This document shows positions 12,447 through 25,680 of a DNA stretch of 64,000 nucleotides, piece after piece. Location: positions 15,996,001-16,060,000 of the forward strand of contig OZ024756.1 of NCBI GenBank assembly GCA_964016885.1. The letters run 5' to 3'. Position 1 is the first letter of the stretch. Every line of letters starts with the position of its first letter. The position numbers and the translations under genes are program-made. Origin of the DNA: Eledone cirrhosa. Taxonomy: Eukaryota. The notes beneath the pieces were generated by a model. That model worked only from the letters and a program-made list of their open reading frames with translations, did no database searches and had not been told where the DNA came from.

Positions 12447-13484
12447 TCATCATCATCATCATTTTACGTCCGCTTTTCCCTGCTTGCAAGGGTGGGACGG
12501 GTCTTATTCAGCACAGCATCTCTCCACTCGTCACGGTCCCTCGTCATCTCCACCGTGAGCTTCAATGATCTGAGGTCTGTTCTCACCACCTCCGCCCATG
12601 TTTTTCGTGGTCTACCTCTACCACGTCTTCCTTCAACTGGCATTTCCTGGCACTTCTTCACCCATCGGTCATCCTCCATGCGCATCACATGTCCATACCA
12701 CCTCAGTCTCCTCTCCCGTACACTACATTCTATCCCTCTCAGACACAGTTTCTCTCTCAACACATTTATGCTGGGTCGTTCACGCACATTTACACTGCAC
12801 ATCCAATGGAGCATGCTTGCCTCATTTCTCTCCAGCCGTCGCATATGCTCTGCAGTTGCTGCCCATGTCTCACTACCATGCAGCATCGCGCTCCTCACAC
12901 AGGCATCATACAACCGGCCTTTCGTACGCAGGGAGAAACCCTTCTTCGTCAACAGAGGAAGCAGCTCCCTAAACTTCTTCCAACCCGTCATTCTAGATAC
13001 TATGGCCTCGGAACACCCTCCTCCCATGCTAATCTGATCTCCTAGGTACCGGAAGCTATCCACCACTTCTATAGCGCCCTCCTGCAAAATGTGTCTATCA
13101 ATGCGACTTCTACTGTCTAATTTCCCTGTACATCTACTGCATACATATTTCTCCCTACCTGTTAGTTTGCCTGCTATCCCGCTACATCTCTTGTGTACCC
13201 AGGATCTGCATTGTATGCATTTTATAGAATTTATGCCAGTTCCTTTTCTGCATATCGAACATGGCCAATTCCCATCCTTACCTACCCAGAATAGCTTATA
13301 GCTAAGACATTTGCCTACGACTAGTCTCGCAGAGGCACCTCTCCATCTCACCTCTTGCACGCAGCACACATCCACCTGCCTTCTCTCCAGCATCTCCGCT
13401 ATTTCAGCAGATCTACCTCTGAGAGTGCCAACATTAAGTGTTGCAACTCTGAGATGCGACGTCTTCATATTTTGTTGTTGTTCC

Positions 13485-13485
<1 letters not shown>
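12447..13485 (-). mobile_element. Internally deleted RTE LINE (family B) with intact 334-aa ORF: APE N-terminus fused to PHD + C-terminal domain, no RT core
   Basis: ORF 12464-13468 from a real ATG: VATLNVGTL..CVQEVRW..LFWVGKD joined in frame to [36 protein letters not shown]; (tga)n tail. Confidence 0.88.
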
Positions 13486-13514
<29 letters not shown>

Positions 13515-13524
<10 letters not shown>

Positions 13525-13736
13525 TAAATGGAATAGAAAATGCTGACAAATTGTTCACAGTTGAAAAATGGTTTAATTAGGAATAAAAGAGTATTAGTGA
13601 TTGTATGGGTTAGTATTCAGAAAACCACAACTGAATACTAACCCATACAATCACTAATACTCTTTTATTCCTAATTAAACCATTTTTCAACTGTGAACAA
13701 TTTGTCAGAATTTTCTATTCCGTTTACCAATATATA
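13515..13736. repeat. Long near-perfect inverted repeat (~105-bp arms, 10-nt loop)
   Basis: ttggtaaatggaatagaaaa...tagtattcag [aaaaccacaa] ctgaatacta...ttttctattccgtttaccaa. Confidence 0.92.
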
Positions 13737-13765
13737 ATAACTTGTGTGTTACACCTCTATTCTTT

Positions 13766-13808
<43 letters not shown>

Positions 13809-13845
13809 CAAGTTGAAAAATGCAAACTTGACTGTCACCACATTA

Positions 13846-13884
13846 TGAACTTGAAGATTGCGAAAGCATGAAAGTACTTGTTCA
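13846..13884 (+). ncRNA. Minimal hammerhead ribozyme (C3U variant)
   Basis: tgaac-TTGAAGA-t tgc gaaa gca t-GAAA GTAC TT-gttca; 5-bp stem I, GNRA-capped stem II, palindromic stem III AGTACT. Confidence 0.65.
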
Positions 13885-14126
13885 ATTAACACTTAAAATT
13901 TAATATTCTGCCATACTATTTCATACCATTATAAATTTAAAAACATTTTAAAGGATTGTAAATAAAACAAGTAAATCAGACAAAGTTGGAATTCCTTTTA
14001 TTAATATAATCTTCTATACACAATCATACACACCCGTGTATATACCATTTCCTCTCCCAATTAGCATAATTAACCATATAAAAAATCAATGAGACCAAGC
14101 TATAAGAATAAAGGCTCTTATGAAGA

Positions 14127-15517
<1,391 letters not shown>

Positions 15518-18496
15518 TCATCATCATCATCATCACCGTTTTACGTCCGTTCTTCCACGCTAGCATGGGTTAGACGGGTTGTCCTGTTGTGGGCAGTGTC
15601 TGGTCGGCTGACCATGCCTTGCTCATACAGGAACTGATCTGGCTTGATATCTACAGCTGGATGCCCTTCCTAACACCAACCTCATTTACAGTGAGTGCTG
15701 GGTGCTTTTTCGTGGCGCCTACACGTCCACTTTACAGTGTGGGCTGGGTGCTTTTTTGCCGTGGCACCTCCACGACCACCTTGCGGTGGGGGGGGGGGGC
15801 ATATTGTTTATATGCTTCAGCATGTACCCATGGGAGGTCGGGTACCCTGTATTACTGCGTGACGCCAGAAGTCACGGTCGTGTGTCATTGACTTTGAGAG
15901 GTGTAGTTGGGTAAGGTCGGCTTTTATCACCTCATCCCAAGTCATCTTGGGTCTCCCCACTCCGCGGTTTCCATCAACTTCTAGTGCTCTGCACCTTTTT
16001 ATGCAGCTGTCATCCTTCATACGCATCACATGTCCATACCAGCGTAACCACCTCTCCTGCACGCAGCATTTGATTCCTCTTATGCTCAGTCTCTCTCTCA
16101 ATTCCTTTATGCTTTGTCGTTCACGTATATTACTGTTACACATCCATCGGAGCATGCAGGCTTCGTTTCTCTCTAATCTACGTAAGTCTTCCACCTTCAG
16201 CGCCCAGGTCTCACTACCATGCAACATCGCTGTTCGGATACACGCATCATACAGTCTGCCTTTCATTCTGAGGGAGAAGCCTTTTGCAGCTAGCAGTGGT
16301 AGTAGTTCCCTAAACTTCTTCCATCCCGTTCTTACCCTAGTTATTGTACTTTCTGAGCACCCACCTCCGTTGCTAATTCGGTCACCTAGGTAGCAGAAGC
16401 TGTCTACTGTTTCTACAGGGCCCTCCCAGAGATTGGTGGTACTTGTTTCCTGTGGCTGTTTGCTTGCTGTTTCAGCACAGCTGCTGCATGTGAATCCTAC
16501 ATTCTTAATTAAGCTTCCTGAGATCCCGCTACATCTCTTGTGTACCCATTGTTTGCATTTGGGGCAGAGAATGGAGTTCCTACCTACACCTTTCCTACAT
16601 ACTGAGCAAAGCCATTTCCCTGAGGGGATCTGGGTTCTGTTTTCTCGTCTACTTATAAGGACCTTAGTCTTTGTCATGTTGACTTTGAGGCCCTTTCTCT
16701 CTAGTCCCTGCTTCCAGGTTTGGAATTTATTCTCTAGTTCTACCATAGATTCAGCTATGAGTGCGAGGTCATCAGCATACAGGAGTTCCCATGGGCATCC
16801 GGTCTTAAACTCCTCCGTTATTGCCTGCAGGACTATGATGAACAGGAGAGGGCTAAGAACAGAGCCCTGGTGGACCCCAACCTGTACGCTAAATTCCTCG
16901 CTATACTCATTGCCAATCCTAACTTTGCTGACTGCTCCCCTATACATGGCTTGTACCGCTTTCACAAGCCATTCATCTACTCCTAGTTTTCTAAGAGCCC
17001 ACCAGATTACTGCACGTGGAACTCTGTCAAAGGCTTTCTCAAGGTCGACAAATGCCAAGTAGAGTGGCTTACTTTTAGCTAGGTACTTTTCCTGTAATTG
17101 CCTCACAAGGAAGAGGGCATCAGTGGTGCCTTTCCCTGGTACAAACCCAAATTGCATCTCGTCTATATTCACCCGGTCCCTAATCAGCTGTGCTATAACT
17201 CTTTCTGTTACTTTCATGACCTGGTCCATCAACTTTATACCTCTATAGTTTCCTCTATCTAGTGCATCGCCTTTACCTTTGTAGCAGTTGACAATGATGC
17301 TACTGCACCAATCTTTTGGTATGGCCCCCTCTAGTATTACCTGGTTAACGATACGTGTGGTTATAGTGTGACCTACAGACCCAGATGCCTTCAGCATCTC
17401 GGCAGCTATACCCGATGGACCGGTTGCCTTCCCTATCTTCATATCTCTAATTGCCTTACTTACTACGCTGCCGCTGACTTGTACTGCTGGTCCCTCTATA
17501 GGGTCTACGTGGGGTAGGGTCTCTTCTTCCCATGCATTCTCCTCATTTAGTAATCTATCATAATGACTCTTCCATGCATCTTTCTTCTCAGCACTTGTGA
17601 GGGCAAGCTCACCTTTATCATTCCGGATACACTTCTCTCCAATGACATCACAACTATCTCTGACACACTGCCTCGCAATCTTGAATACCTCCTGTTTCTG
17701 GTCCTCACGTTGTAAAACATGCTTGAATTTTCTATCCTCTGCTTCCCTCCTAGCTAAGTATACTTGTCGCCTAGCTTCCCTCTTGGTCTCTATGTAATGT
17801 ACCCTGCTCCCCCCGTTCTTCCATTCTTTCCATGCCTGTCTCTTGGCCTTGACTGCTTCATCTACCTTATTGTTCCACCACCAAGTCACTCTCCTCCTGC
17901 TTGAGGTCTTACTCCAGCCACAAACCTCATCCGTCGCCTCTAGTAAGTTATTTTTTAGGAACTCCCAGTTCTCTTCTACATTAAATGTCTGTATCTGTTC
18001 TTCTTTACTGTCGTAGGCGTTGAGTAAAATATCTTTAAATCTGTTACTGGTTGAGGGGACTTTCAGCTTCCAGATCTTTCTTCTCCAGGTTGGCCTCTGT
18101 TTCAGGGCTCGTCTAGTTCTGACCGTGAGGTCGCTGACAACTAAGCTATGTTGGGATGTACATTCCTCACTAGGGAAGGCTTTTGTGTTTACGACCGTCC
18201 ATCTGTCACGTCCTCTGATGAGGATAAAATCTAACTGACTAGAGTGCTCCCCTGATCTATAGGTGATCAGGTGGTTGTCGGGTTTTTTAAAGTTTGTTAC
18301 ATATCGACATGTCATTGGCGTCGCAGAATTCTAGAAGTCTGAATCCTTCCTCATTCCAACTCCATGGCCTCCATGTACTCTATTGAAGCCGTCGCAGTGT
18401 TTACCTACGTGTCCGTTAAAATCTCCTGCAATGATTAGGAAGTCCTTGTCGTCTGTTAGAGCAGTAGTGTGTATTAGGGACTCGTAAAACTCGTAA

Positions 18497-18498
<2 letters not shown>
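15518..18498 (-). mobile_element. Near full-length RTE LINE (family C): APE (partial) + RT + PHD + C-terminal domain
   Basis: 832-aa ORF 15817-18315 with SQLDFILI, QFGFVPG, FVDLEKAFD, GVHQGSVLSPLLF, LLYADD, a C4HC3 finger and FCYLG; IIAGDFNGHVG at about 18400-18440; (tga)n tail. Confidence 0.95.
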
Positions 18499-18553
<55 letters not shown>

Positions 18554-18698
18554 CATATATATAATATATATAATATACATATATATATATAATATACATA
18601 TATATAATATACATATATATCTATAATATACATATATATCTATAATATACATATATATATATAATATACATATATATAATATACATATATATAATATA

Positions 18699-19034
18699 CA
18701 TCATCATCATCATTTTACGTCCGCTTTTCCCTGCTTGCAAGGGTGGGACGGGAACTGATTCTGGCTTGATTTCTACAGCTGGATGCCCTTCCTAACACCA
18801 ACCTCATTTACAGTGAGTGCTGGGTGCTTTTTTGCCGTGGCACCTCCACGACCACTTTGCAGTGGAATGATAGGGACCCCAGTCCTATCATCTCATTTCT
18901 ACAGCTGAGTAAACTGGAGCAATGTGAAGTAAAGTGTCTTGCTCAAGGAAACAACACATCACCCGGTCTGAGAATTGAACTCACAACCTTTCGATTGCAA
19001 GGCCAATGCTCTAACCACTAAGCCTTGTGCTTCC
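18699..19034 (-). mobile_element. CORE-SINE copy
   Basis: Near-identical to 9072-9407. Confidence 0.88.
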
Positions 19035-19095
19035 ATATACATATATAATATACATATATATATATATATAATATACATATATATAATATATAATA

Positions 19096-20135
19096 TACAT
19101 TTTCTGTGACCTTCATGACCTGGTCAACTAACTTAATGCCTCTATAGTTTCTCCTATCTAGAGCATCCCCTTTACCCTTGTAGCAGTTAATGATGATGAT
19201 GCTACACCAGTCATTTGGTATGACCCCATTCTGTATTACTTGGTTTACTATACGGGTGACCATAGTATGTCCCACCATTCCAGATGCCTTCAACATCTCA
19301 GCAACTATCTCCAAAGGCCCAGCTACCTTGCCTGTCTTCATATCTTTGATTGCCTTACTTATTATACTACCTTTAACTTGCACTGCTGGTTCTTCTATTG
19401 GATCGATGTGGGGCAGACTATCTTTTGCCCATTTATTCTCCTCATTTAATAGTCTCTCATAGTGACACTTCCAGGCTAACTTCTTATCAGTATCAGTGAG
19501 GGCAAGTACACCATTATCATTACGGATACACTTCTCCCCGACAATATCACGGTTTTCCTTGACACATTGTCTAGCAATCCGGAACACCTCACGTTTTTGG
19601 TCCTCATATTGTAGAACATGCTTGAACTTTCTTTCCTCTGCTTCCCTTTTTGCAAGGTACACTTGTCTCCTAGCTTCTCTCCTGGCCACTTGATAGTGTT
19701 CTCTACTTCCCCCATCCTGCCATACTTTCCAAGCCTGCTTTTTGGCCTTGATTGTCTCCTCCACCTTACTGTTCCACCACCATGTCTCTCTCCTCCTGCC
19801 AATAGGTCTGCTCCAGCCACAGATTTCATCCGTCACTTGCAGCAGGTTCACTTTCAGGAATTCCCACTGTTCCTCTATATTGTACATCTCTAATTGCTCT
19901 TCCTTGTCAAAGGCATCAAGTAATAAGCTTTTAAATTTGTCACTGGCTATGGGGTCCTTCAACTTCCATATTCTCCTCTGTCGTCGAGTACGTCTATTCC
20001 TGACTATGAGGTCACTAACTACTAGGCTATGTTGGAAGGTGCGTTCTTCACGGGGGAGGGATTTAATGTTTACAACAGACACTTTGTCATGTCTTCTAGT
20101 AAGGATATAATCTGGCTGGCGTGTTCCCCTGATCT
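19096..20135 (-). mobile_element. RTE LINE internal fragment (APE end to RT N-terminus)
   Basis: QHSLVVSDL, RETWWWN, YKGKGDALDRRNYRGIKL; both ends abut TA runs. Confidence 0.9.
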
Positions 20136-20155
20136 ATATATATATATATATAATA

Positions 20156-20491
20156 TCATCATCATCATTTTTACGTCCGCTTTTCCCTGCTTGCAAGGGT
20201 GGGACGGGAACTGATTCTGGCTCGATTTCTACAGCTGGATGCCCTTCCTAACACCAACCTCATTTACAGTGAGTGCTGGGTGTTTTTTTCCCGTGGCACC
20301 TCCACGACCACTTTACAGTGGAATGATATGGACCCCAGTCCCTATCATCTCATTTCTACAGCTGAGTAAACTGGAGCAATGTGAAATAAAGTGTCTTGCT
20401 CAAGGAAACAACACATCACCCGGTCTGAGAATTGAACTCACAACCTTTCGATTGCAAGGCCAATGCTCTAACCACTAAGCCATGTACCTCC
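20156..20491 (-). mobile_element. CORE-SINE copy
   Basis: Near-identical to 9072-9407. Confidence 0.88.
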
Positions 20492-20504
20492 ATATACATA
20501 TATA

Positions 20505-22285
20505 TATTGTTATACATGGGAGGGTCATGCTGCCAATAAAAACAAGCACCTGTTGGTTTTCACTTCAATTTATTATAAGTTTCCGGTTGGTTGGTTGGTT
20601 AGGTTGTTTATATATTGTCAAAGCTCTTTCGTCACACATTCTGTGACCTCCTCAGTGACTAGATTTTTTTTTTGTGTCTCTCCTTTGTTCTGTTCTACAC
20701 TATCTTGTTTTTGTGTGTTGTGTGTTTAGTTTGTGCATGTGTTACATCTGTGTGTGTGTGTGTTTTTATTTATTTATGTGTTTATTTACTTGTCACTAGT
20801 TGGTTGTTTGTACTATCTATGTGTGTCTGACTTGTTTTGATAGCTTGTTTTTTGTGTGTGTCTGTATGTCTTCATTTTGTCCTTAATTACTAGTTGTGAT
20901 GTTGTTGCTATTCCACTCGTGTTTTCTGTTTAATTTTGGTTGGAGTTTGTTTATATTTGTTGCCTCTGTGATTTGTCTGAGCATTGCATCTTTTCTGTGT
21001 GTGGATATATTGTTTATCTCTATGTTCTCTAATGTGCCCCTATGTTCTATTTTGGCATGTTGGTGGAGTACTGATGAGTTCTTCCCATCCTGGAGTTCTC
21101 GCCAGTGTTCACTTATCCTTTCTCCAATGCTAGGGCCTGTCTCACCTATGTATGTTATGTTCTTATTCCTACACTGTCCCTCAGTACATCTTATGCTATA
21201 TACTATGTTCCTAGTTTTGCAGTTAGTTTGTGGGCTTGACTTGCAGACTATGCATTTCTTATCAGGGGTTCTTTGAAATGGGTATATTTTGCTAATAAGG
21301 GTTTTTATGGGAATACCTGGTCTTTCAACTATCTTAATATTTAATTTGAGCTTGTCTAGGGCCCTGCTAAATCTGTAAGCTAGTTCACCACTAGGGGTTG
21401 TATTGACAAACATTACACTCTGGTATTTATTGTTATCATACCACAAGTTTATTTTATTTACCTTATTCCTAATCCTTCTATTCTGTTCCAAAATTTGCTC
21501 CTATACATAGAGCAAGTTCCATTTGCATCATTTTCTACAATCTTTGTCCATTTGGTTCTGACTCCTTTATATACCCTGATCTTGTCTCTCTGATTGTAGG
21601 CAGAGAACTGCATGTGGTGGATGAAGTGTTGTATGTGTCTCTCTAATTCTTTGGGGTTGCACATGCGGGACACGTTCCTCATCACTAAGCCCACAATCAG
21701 TATGTTGATTTTTATGTGATCAAAAACAGCTGAGTTTTGGAGGTCATGGGTTTGGCATAATGCGAATGGAGGATTTACGTTCTATTACTAATAATTTCCA
21801 ACCAGAGTTCTGTGTCTAGTACGGGTAATCTATGGTTGGGGTGTTTAGTTGGGTAGTCTATAGTATAGTTTAATGCTCTGGTGGATGGAGTTAGCTTTTT
21901 GCTGGATGCTTTCCATGGTGTTCTGCTCTAATTCCTGACTGTTCTCCTGTGACAGTGTTTTTACTATGATATTTATGACATCTACGTAGCGGAAGTACAT
22001 AATCAGGGTTATAAAATTGTTGTCCAATTGTTCCTTAAGTCTTCTGTCCCACCATATCATAAAGAGGTTAGCTATGTCACCTACAATGCTAATACCAATG
22101 GCTGCTCCCTTCTCTTGGGCATATGTTTTGCCATTAAATTTGAACATATGTTCCTTTAGGGTTAGTTTTATACTGGCCCCCACCGTATGTGTGATTATTG
22201 TCTTTAATTCATCATGGTTTTCGGGGGTCCATATGGCTCTGGTTCACCCTCTCCAACTTTCTGTGTGGATCTTCTTGGCCTTTTG
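20505..22285 (-). mobile_element. Penelope-like element (RT fragments + GIY-YIG endonuclease + pLTR)
   Basis: RT pieces KGAAIG, YFRYVDVI and LPVLD; ORF 20883-21491 has NIVYSIRC..YIGETG..RISEH (GIY-YIG); downstream pLTR with a hammerhead, homologous to the 22.5-kb and 49.5-kb segments. Confidence 0.88.
20617..20659 (-). ncRNA. Minimal type I hammerhead ribozyme in Penelope pLTR
   Basis: gtca-CTGAGGA-g gtcac agaatgt gtgac-GAAA GAGC TT-tgac; intact core. Confidence 0.8.
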
Positions 22286-22428
22286 CTCATAGGGAGAAAC
22301 CCTTCATTGTCAAGAGAGGAAGCAGTTCCCTAAACTTCTTCCATCCTGTCTTTATTCTAGATACTACAGCCTCAGAGCTTCCTTTGCCCTTGCTAATCTG
22401 ATCACCTAGATATCGGAAGCTATCAACC

Positions 22429-22510
<82 letters not shown>

Positions 22511-22518
<8 letters not shown>

Positions 22519-22985
22519 ATACTTTGGGAGGGTCATGTTGCCAATAAGAAACACACGCACTAGTTGCTTTCACTTCAATTTATTATAATAAATTTATAAA
22601 TTTAGGAATTTATAAATTTCCGGTTGGTTGGTTGGTTCCACAACCAGATGATTGTTCATATATTGTCAAAAACAAGATGGTGTAGGACAGAACAAAGAAG
22701 AGGCACAAAAACAAAGAAAAGAATCCCCAGTCACTGAAGAGGTCACAGAATGTGAGACGAAAGAACTTTGACAATATATGAAGAATCATCTGGTTGTGGA
22801 ACCAACCAACCAACCGGAAATTTATAAATTCCTAAATTTATAAATTTATTATAATAAATTGAAGTGAAAGCAACTGGTGCGTGTGTTTCTTATTGGCAAC
22901 ATGACCCTCCCAAAGTATAACAATATCGGTTTCAACACATGTTTTCAGATAAAGAATCTTGCTAAACAAATTCAGAAACGATATA
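22511..22985. mobile_element. Penelope pLTR in inverted arrangement (~160-bp arms at 22511-22670 and 22767-22926)
   Basis: Arms are reverse complements of each other and match the pLTR at 20505-20620; the spacer carries the hammerhead. Confidence 0.85.
22730..22772 (+). ncRNA. Minimal type I hammerhead ribozyme
   Basis: gtca-CTGAAGA-ggtcacagaatgtgagac-GAAA GAAC TT-tgac; predicted cleavage after 22768. Confidence 0.78.
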
Positions 22986-23404
22986 TATATATATATACAA
23001 AATATAAAACAATCAAATCTTAGTTTAATACATTTAATTGCTGACAATTGTTTCTTCCAGGCAAATGTCTGGATTCATTGGAGCATAGAGAATGTTTAAA
23101 CATGTAATTAAAATCCTAGTCTTCAGAACATTTATATAGATATTGCCAGTGTCAGTGATATCATATACAAAAGCAAGAGTTACAAAAGGATGTTATGTTA
23201 CAGAAAACACAGTATAAGGAGCAATGGTGAAAATTGAAATATTGAGCATAATATATATAAATATATCTCGGCTCTGTAATACATTTGATAAATTACATTG
23301 AGCCTTTTCTCTTAGCGGTAATTGGCTAGTGCTTAGTACTACCCTCTATATTTATAATTATATATAAACCATAGAGAGAGAGAAGGGGGGGGTTCTGGTA
23401 GGTA

Positions 23405-23495
23405 GACGAGGATTGGCAGTATCGGTAGAGGGTCAGACGCGATGTTTTGCAGCATAGAGTTACGGCCCTTTATGGTCTGAGTTCAAATCCCGCAC
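23405..23495 (+). mobile_element. SINE head fragment (same family as 8517-8701)
   Basis: gattggcagtatcggtagagg...gagttcaaatcccg. Confidence 0.7.
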
Positions 23496-24194
23496 CAAAT
23501 TGTTAGATCAGGGATCGACTTAATGTTGATGAGGGGTTATTCCTTATCAAATGACCCAGTTTCAGAAAAATTTCCCAGGTTACTTCCTCAGATGACCCCT
23601 GAAAAAATTCATAATAGATCCTGTACCTATGTTATGGGAAAATATCAAGTATTAGGTCAATATCTTTGATAGTTTTGAAATTGTAGGCCTTTTTAAGGGG
23701 GATCTGAGGGGCTTACCTGGGACCCTCTGACATGGAATGACCTTGAGGTACAATTAGTGGGGTCGGTTGGTGGAAGGGCAATGTTGATTAAATGAAACCC
23801 AATATCGCCCCCCCCCCCCCCCCCCCCACCCCCTTCTATTTTATCAGAACACAAGTTAGAAGAAACACCACAATGACATTTTATTCAATGCTCTACCAAT
23901 TCTGTAAACCCCCTCCCGCCACCACCCTGGACAGGTAATTTATTTTATTGACCATCCCCTAAATGGATGAAAGGTAAAGTTGACCTTGGTGGGATTAGAA
24001 CAGAGACTATGGAGAACCATAGACTAATTGACACCTGAATTACCACAATAATCTAAAAACCCAGTCTTCAGCAACATACCACAAGTTAACACCATACAGA
24101 AATTGTAACAAGTATGAATGAAGACAAAAAGTAGCCATAACAGAAAGTGCAGAGGGCTGAAGAAAATACCACAAGGTACTCTTATTCTTGAGAG

Positions 24195-25680
24195 GGTCAT
24201 TGGAGCATAGTCCTCAAACATTCCCTCTGGTGGGTCCTGTTAGAAGCAACCATCTCCAACTGATCCGGCTGGATCCCCAAGCATGACCAGCCAAACTCAT
24301 GGATGTTATCCAACCATCTTACTTGGAGTCTACCCCTGGGTCTCCTATCTGTTGGTTTCGCCCGTAAAATCTGTCCAGTGGTTCTTTCCTGAGACATTCT
24401 AACTACATGTCTGTAGTATTGGAGCTGTGATCTCTCAATTCAGAGAAGTAGCAGCTCTACCTGGGGTGACTCCCTGATCTCTGAGCTACAGATCTGTCCA
24501 ACGATTCTTTCCTGAGACATTCTAACTACATGTCTGTAGTATTGGAGCTGTGATCTCTCAATTCAGAGAAGTAGCAGCTCTACCTGGGGTGACTCCCTGA
24601 TCTCTGAGCTACAGATCTGTCCAACGATTCTTTCCTGAGACATTCTAACTACATGTCTGTAGTATTGGAGCTGTGATCTCTCAATTCAGAGAAGTAGCAG
24701 CTCTACCTGGGGTGACTCCCTGATCTCTGAGCTACAGATCTGTCCAACGATTCTTTCCTGAGACATTCTAACTACATGTCTGTAGTATTGGAGCTGTGAT
24801 CTCTCAATTCAGAGAAGTAGCAGCTCTACCTGGGGTGACTCCCTGATCTCTGAGCTACAGATCTGTCCAACGATTCTTTCCTGAGACATTCTAACTACAT
24901 GTCTGTAGTATTGGAGCTGTGATCTCTCAATTCAGAGAAGTGGCAGCTCTACCTGGAGTGACTCCCTGATCTCTGAGCTACAGATCTGTCCAACGATTCT
25001 TTCCTGAGACATTCTAACTACATGTCTGTAGTATTGGAGCTGTGATCTCTCAATTCAGAGAAGTAGCAGCTCTACCTGGGGTGACTCCCTGATCTCTGAG
25101 CTACAGATCTGTCCAACGATTCTTTCCTGAGACATTCTAACTACATGTCTGTAGTATTGGAGCTGTGATCTCTCAATTCAGAGAAGTGGCAGCTCTACCT
25201 GGGGTGACTCCCTGATCTCTGAGCTACAGATCTGTCCAACGATTCTTTCCTGAGACATTCTAACTACATGTCTGTAGTATTGGAGCTGTGATCTCTCAAT
25301 TCAGAGAAGTGGCAGCTCTACCTGGGGTGACTCCCTGATCTCTGAGCTACAGATCTGTCCAACGATTCTTTCCTGAGACATTCTAACTACATGTCTGTAG
25401 TATTGGAGCTGTGATCTCTCAATTCAGAGAAGTGGCAGCTCTACCTGGAGTGACTCCCTGATCTCTGAGCTACAGATCTGTCCAACGATTCTTTCCTGAG
25501 ACATTCTAACTACATGTCTGTAGTATTGGAGCTGTGATCTCTCAATTCAGAGAAGTGGCAGCTCTACCTGGAGTGCCTCTCTGATCTCCAAGTTATGCAA
25601 TTTATCAAGTAACGTTACTCCAAACACCTTTCGGAGGAATCCCATTCCGGCCACTTGTATTCGCAATCAGATTCTTTCAT
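24195..25680 (-). mobile_element. Degenerate RTE (Expander-like) C-terminal fragment
   Basis: RIQVAGMGFLRKVFGVTLLDK..ERSQLQYYRHVVRMSQER..RRPRGRLQVRWLD. Confidence 0.75.
24369..25575. repeat. 123-bp tandem array (~10 copies) amplified from LINE coding sequence
   Basis: ttctttcctgagac recurs at 24382, 24505, 24628 ... 25489. Confidence 0.95.

Noticed and set aside
23051-23110. Strong plus-strand acceptor tttcttccag followed by KCLDSLEHRECLNM*
   Set aside because: No upstream exon or recognisable homology; cannot be supported as a coding exon
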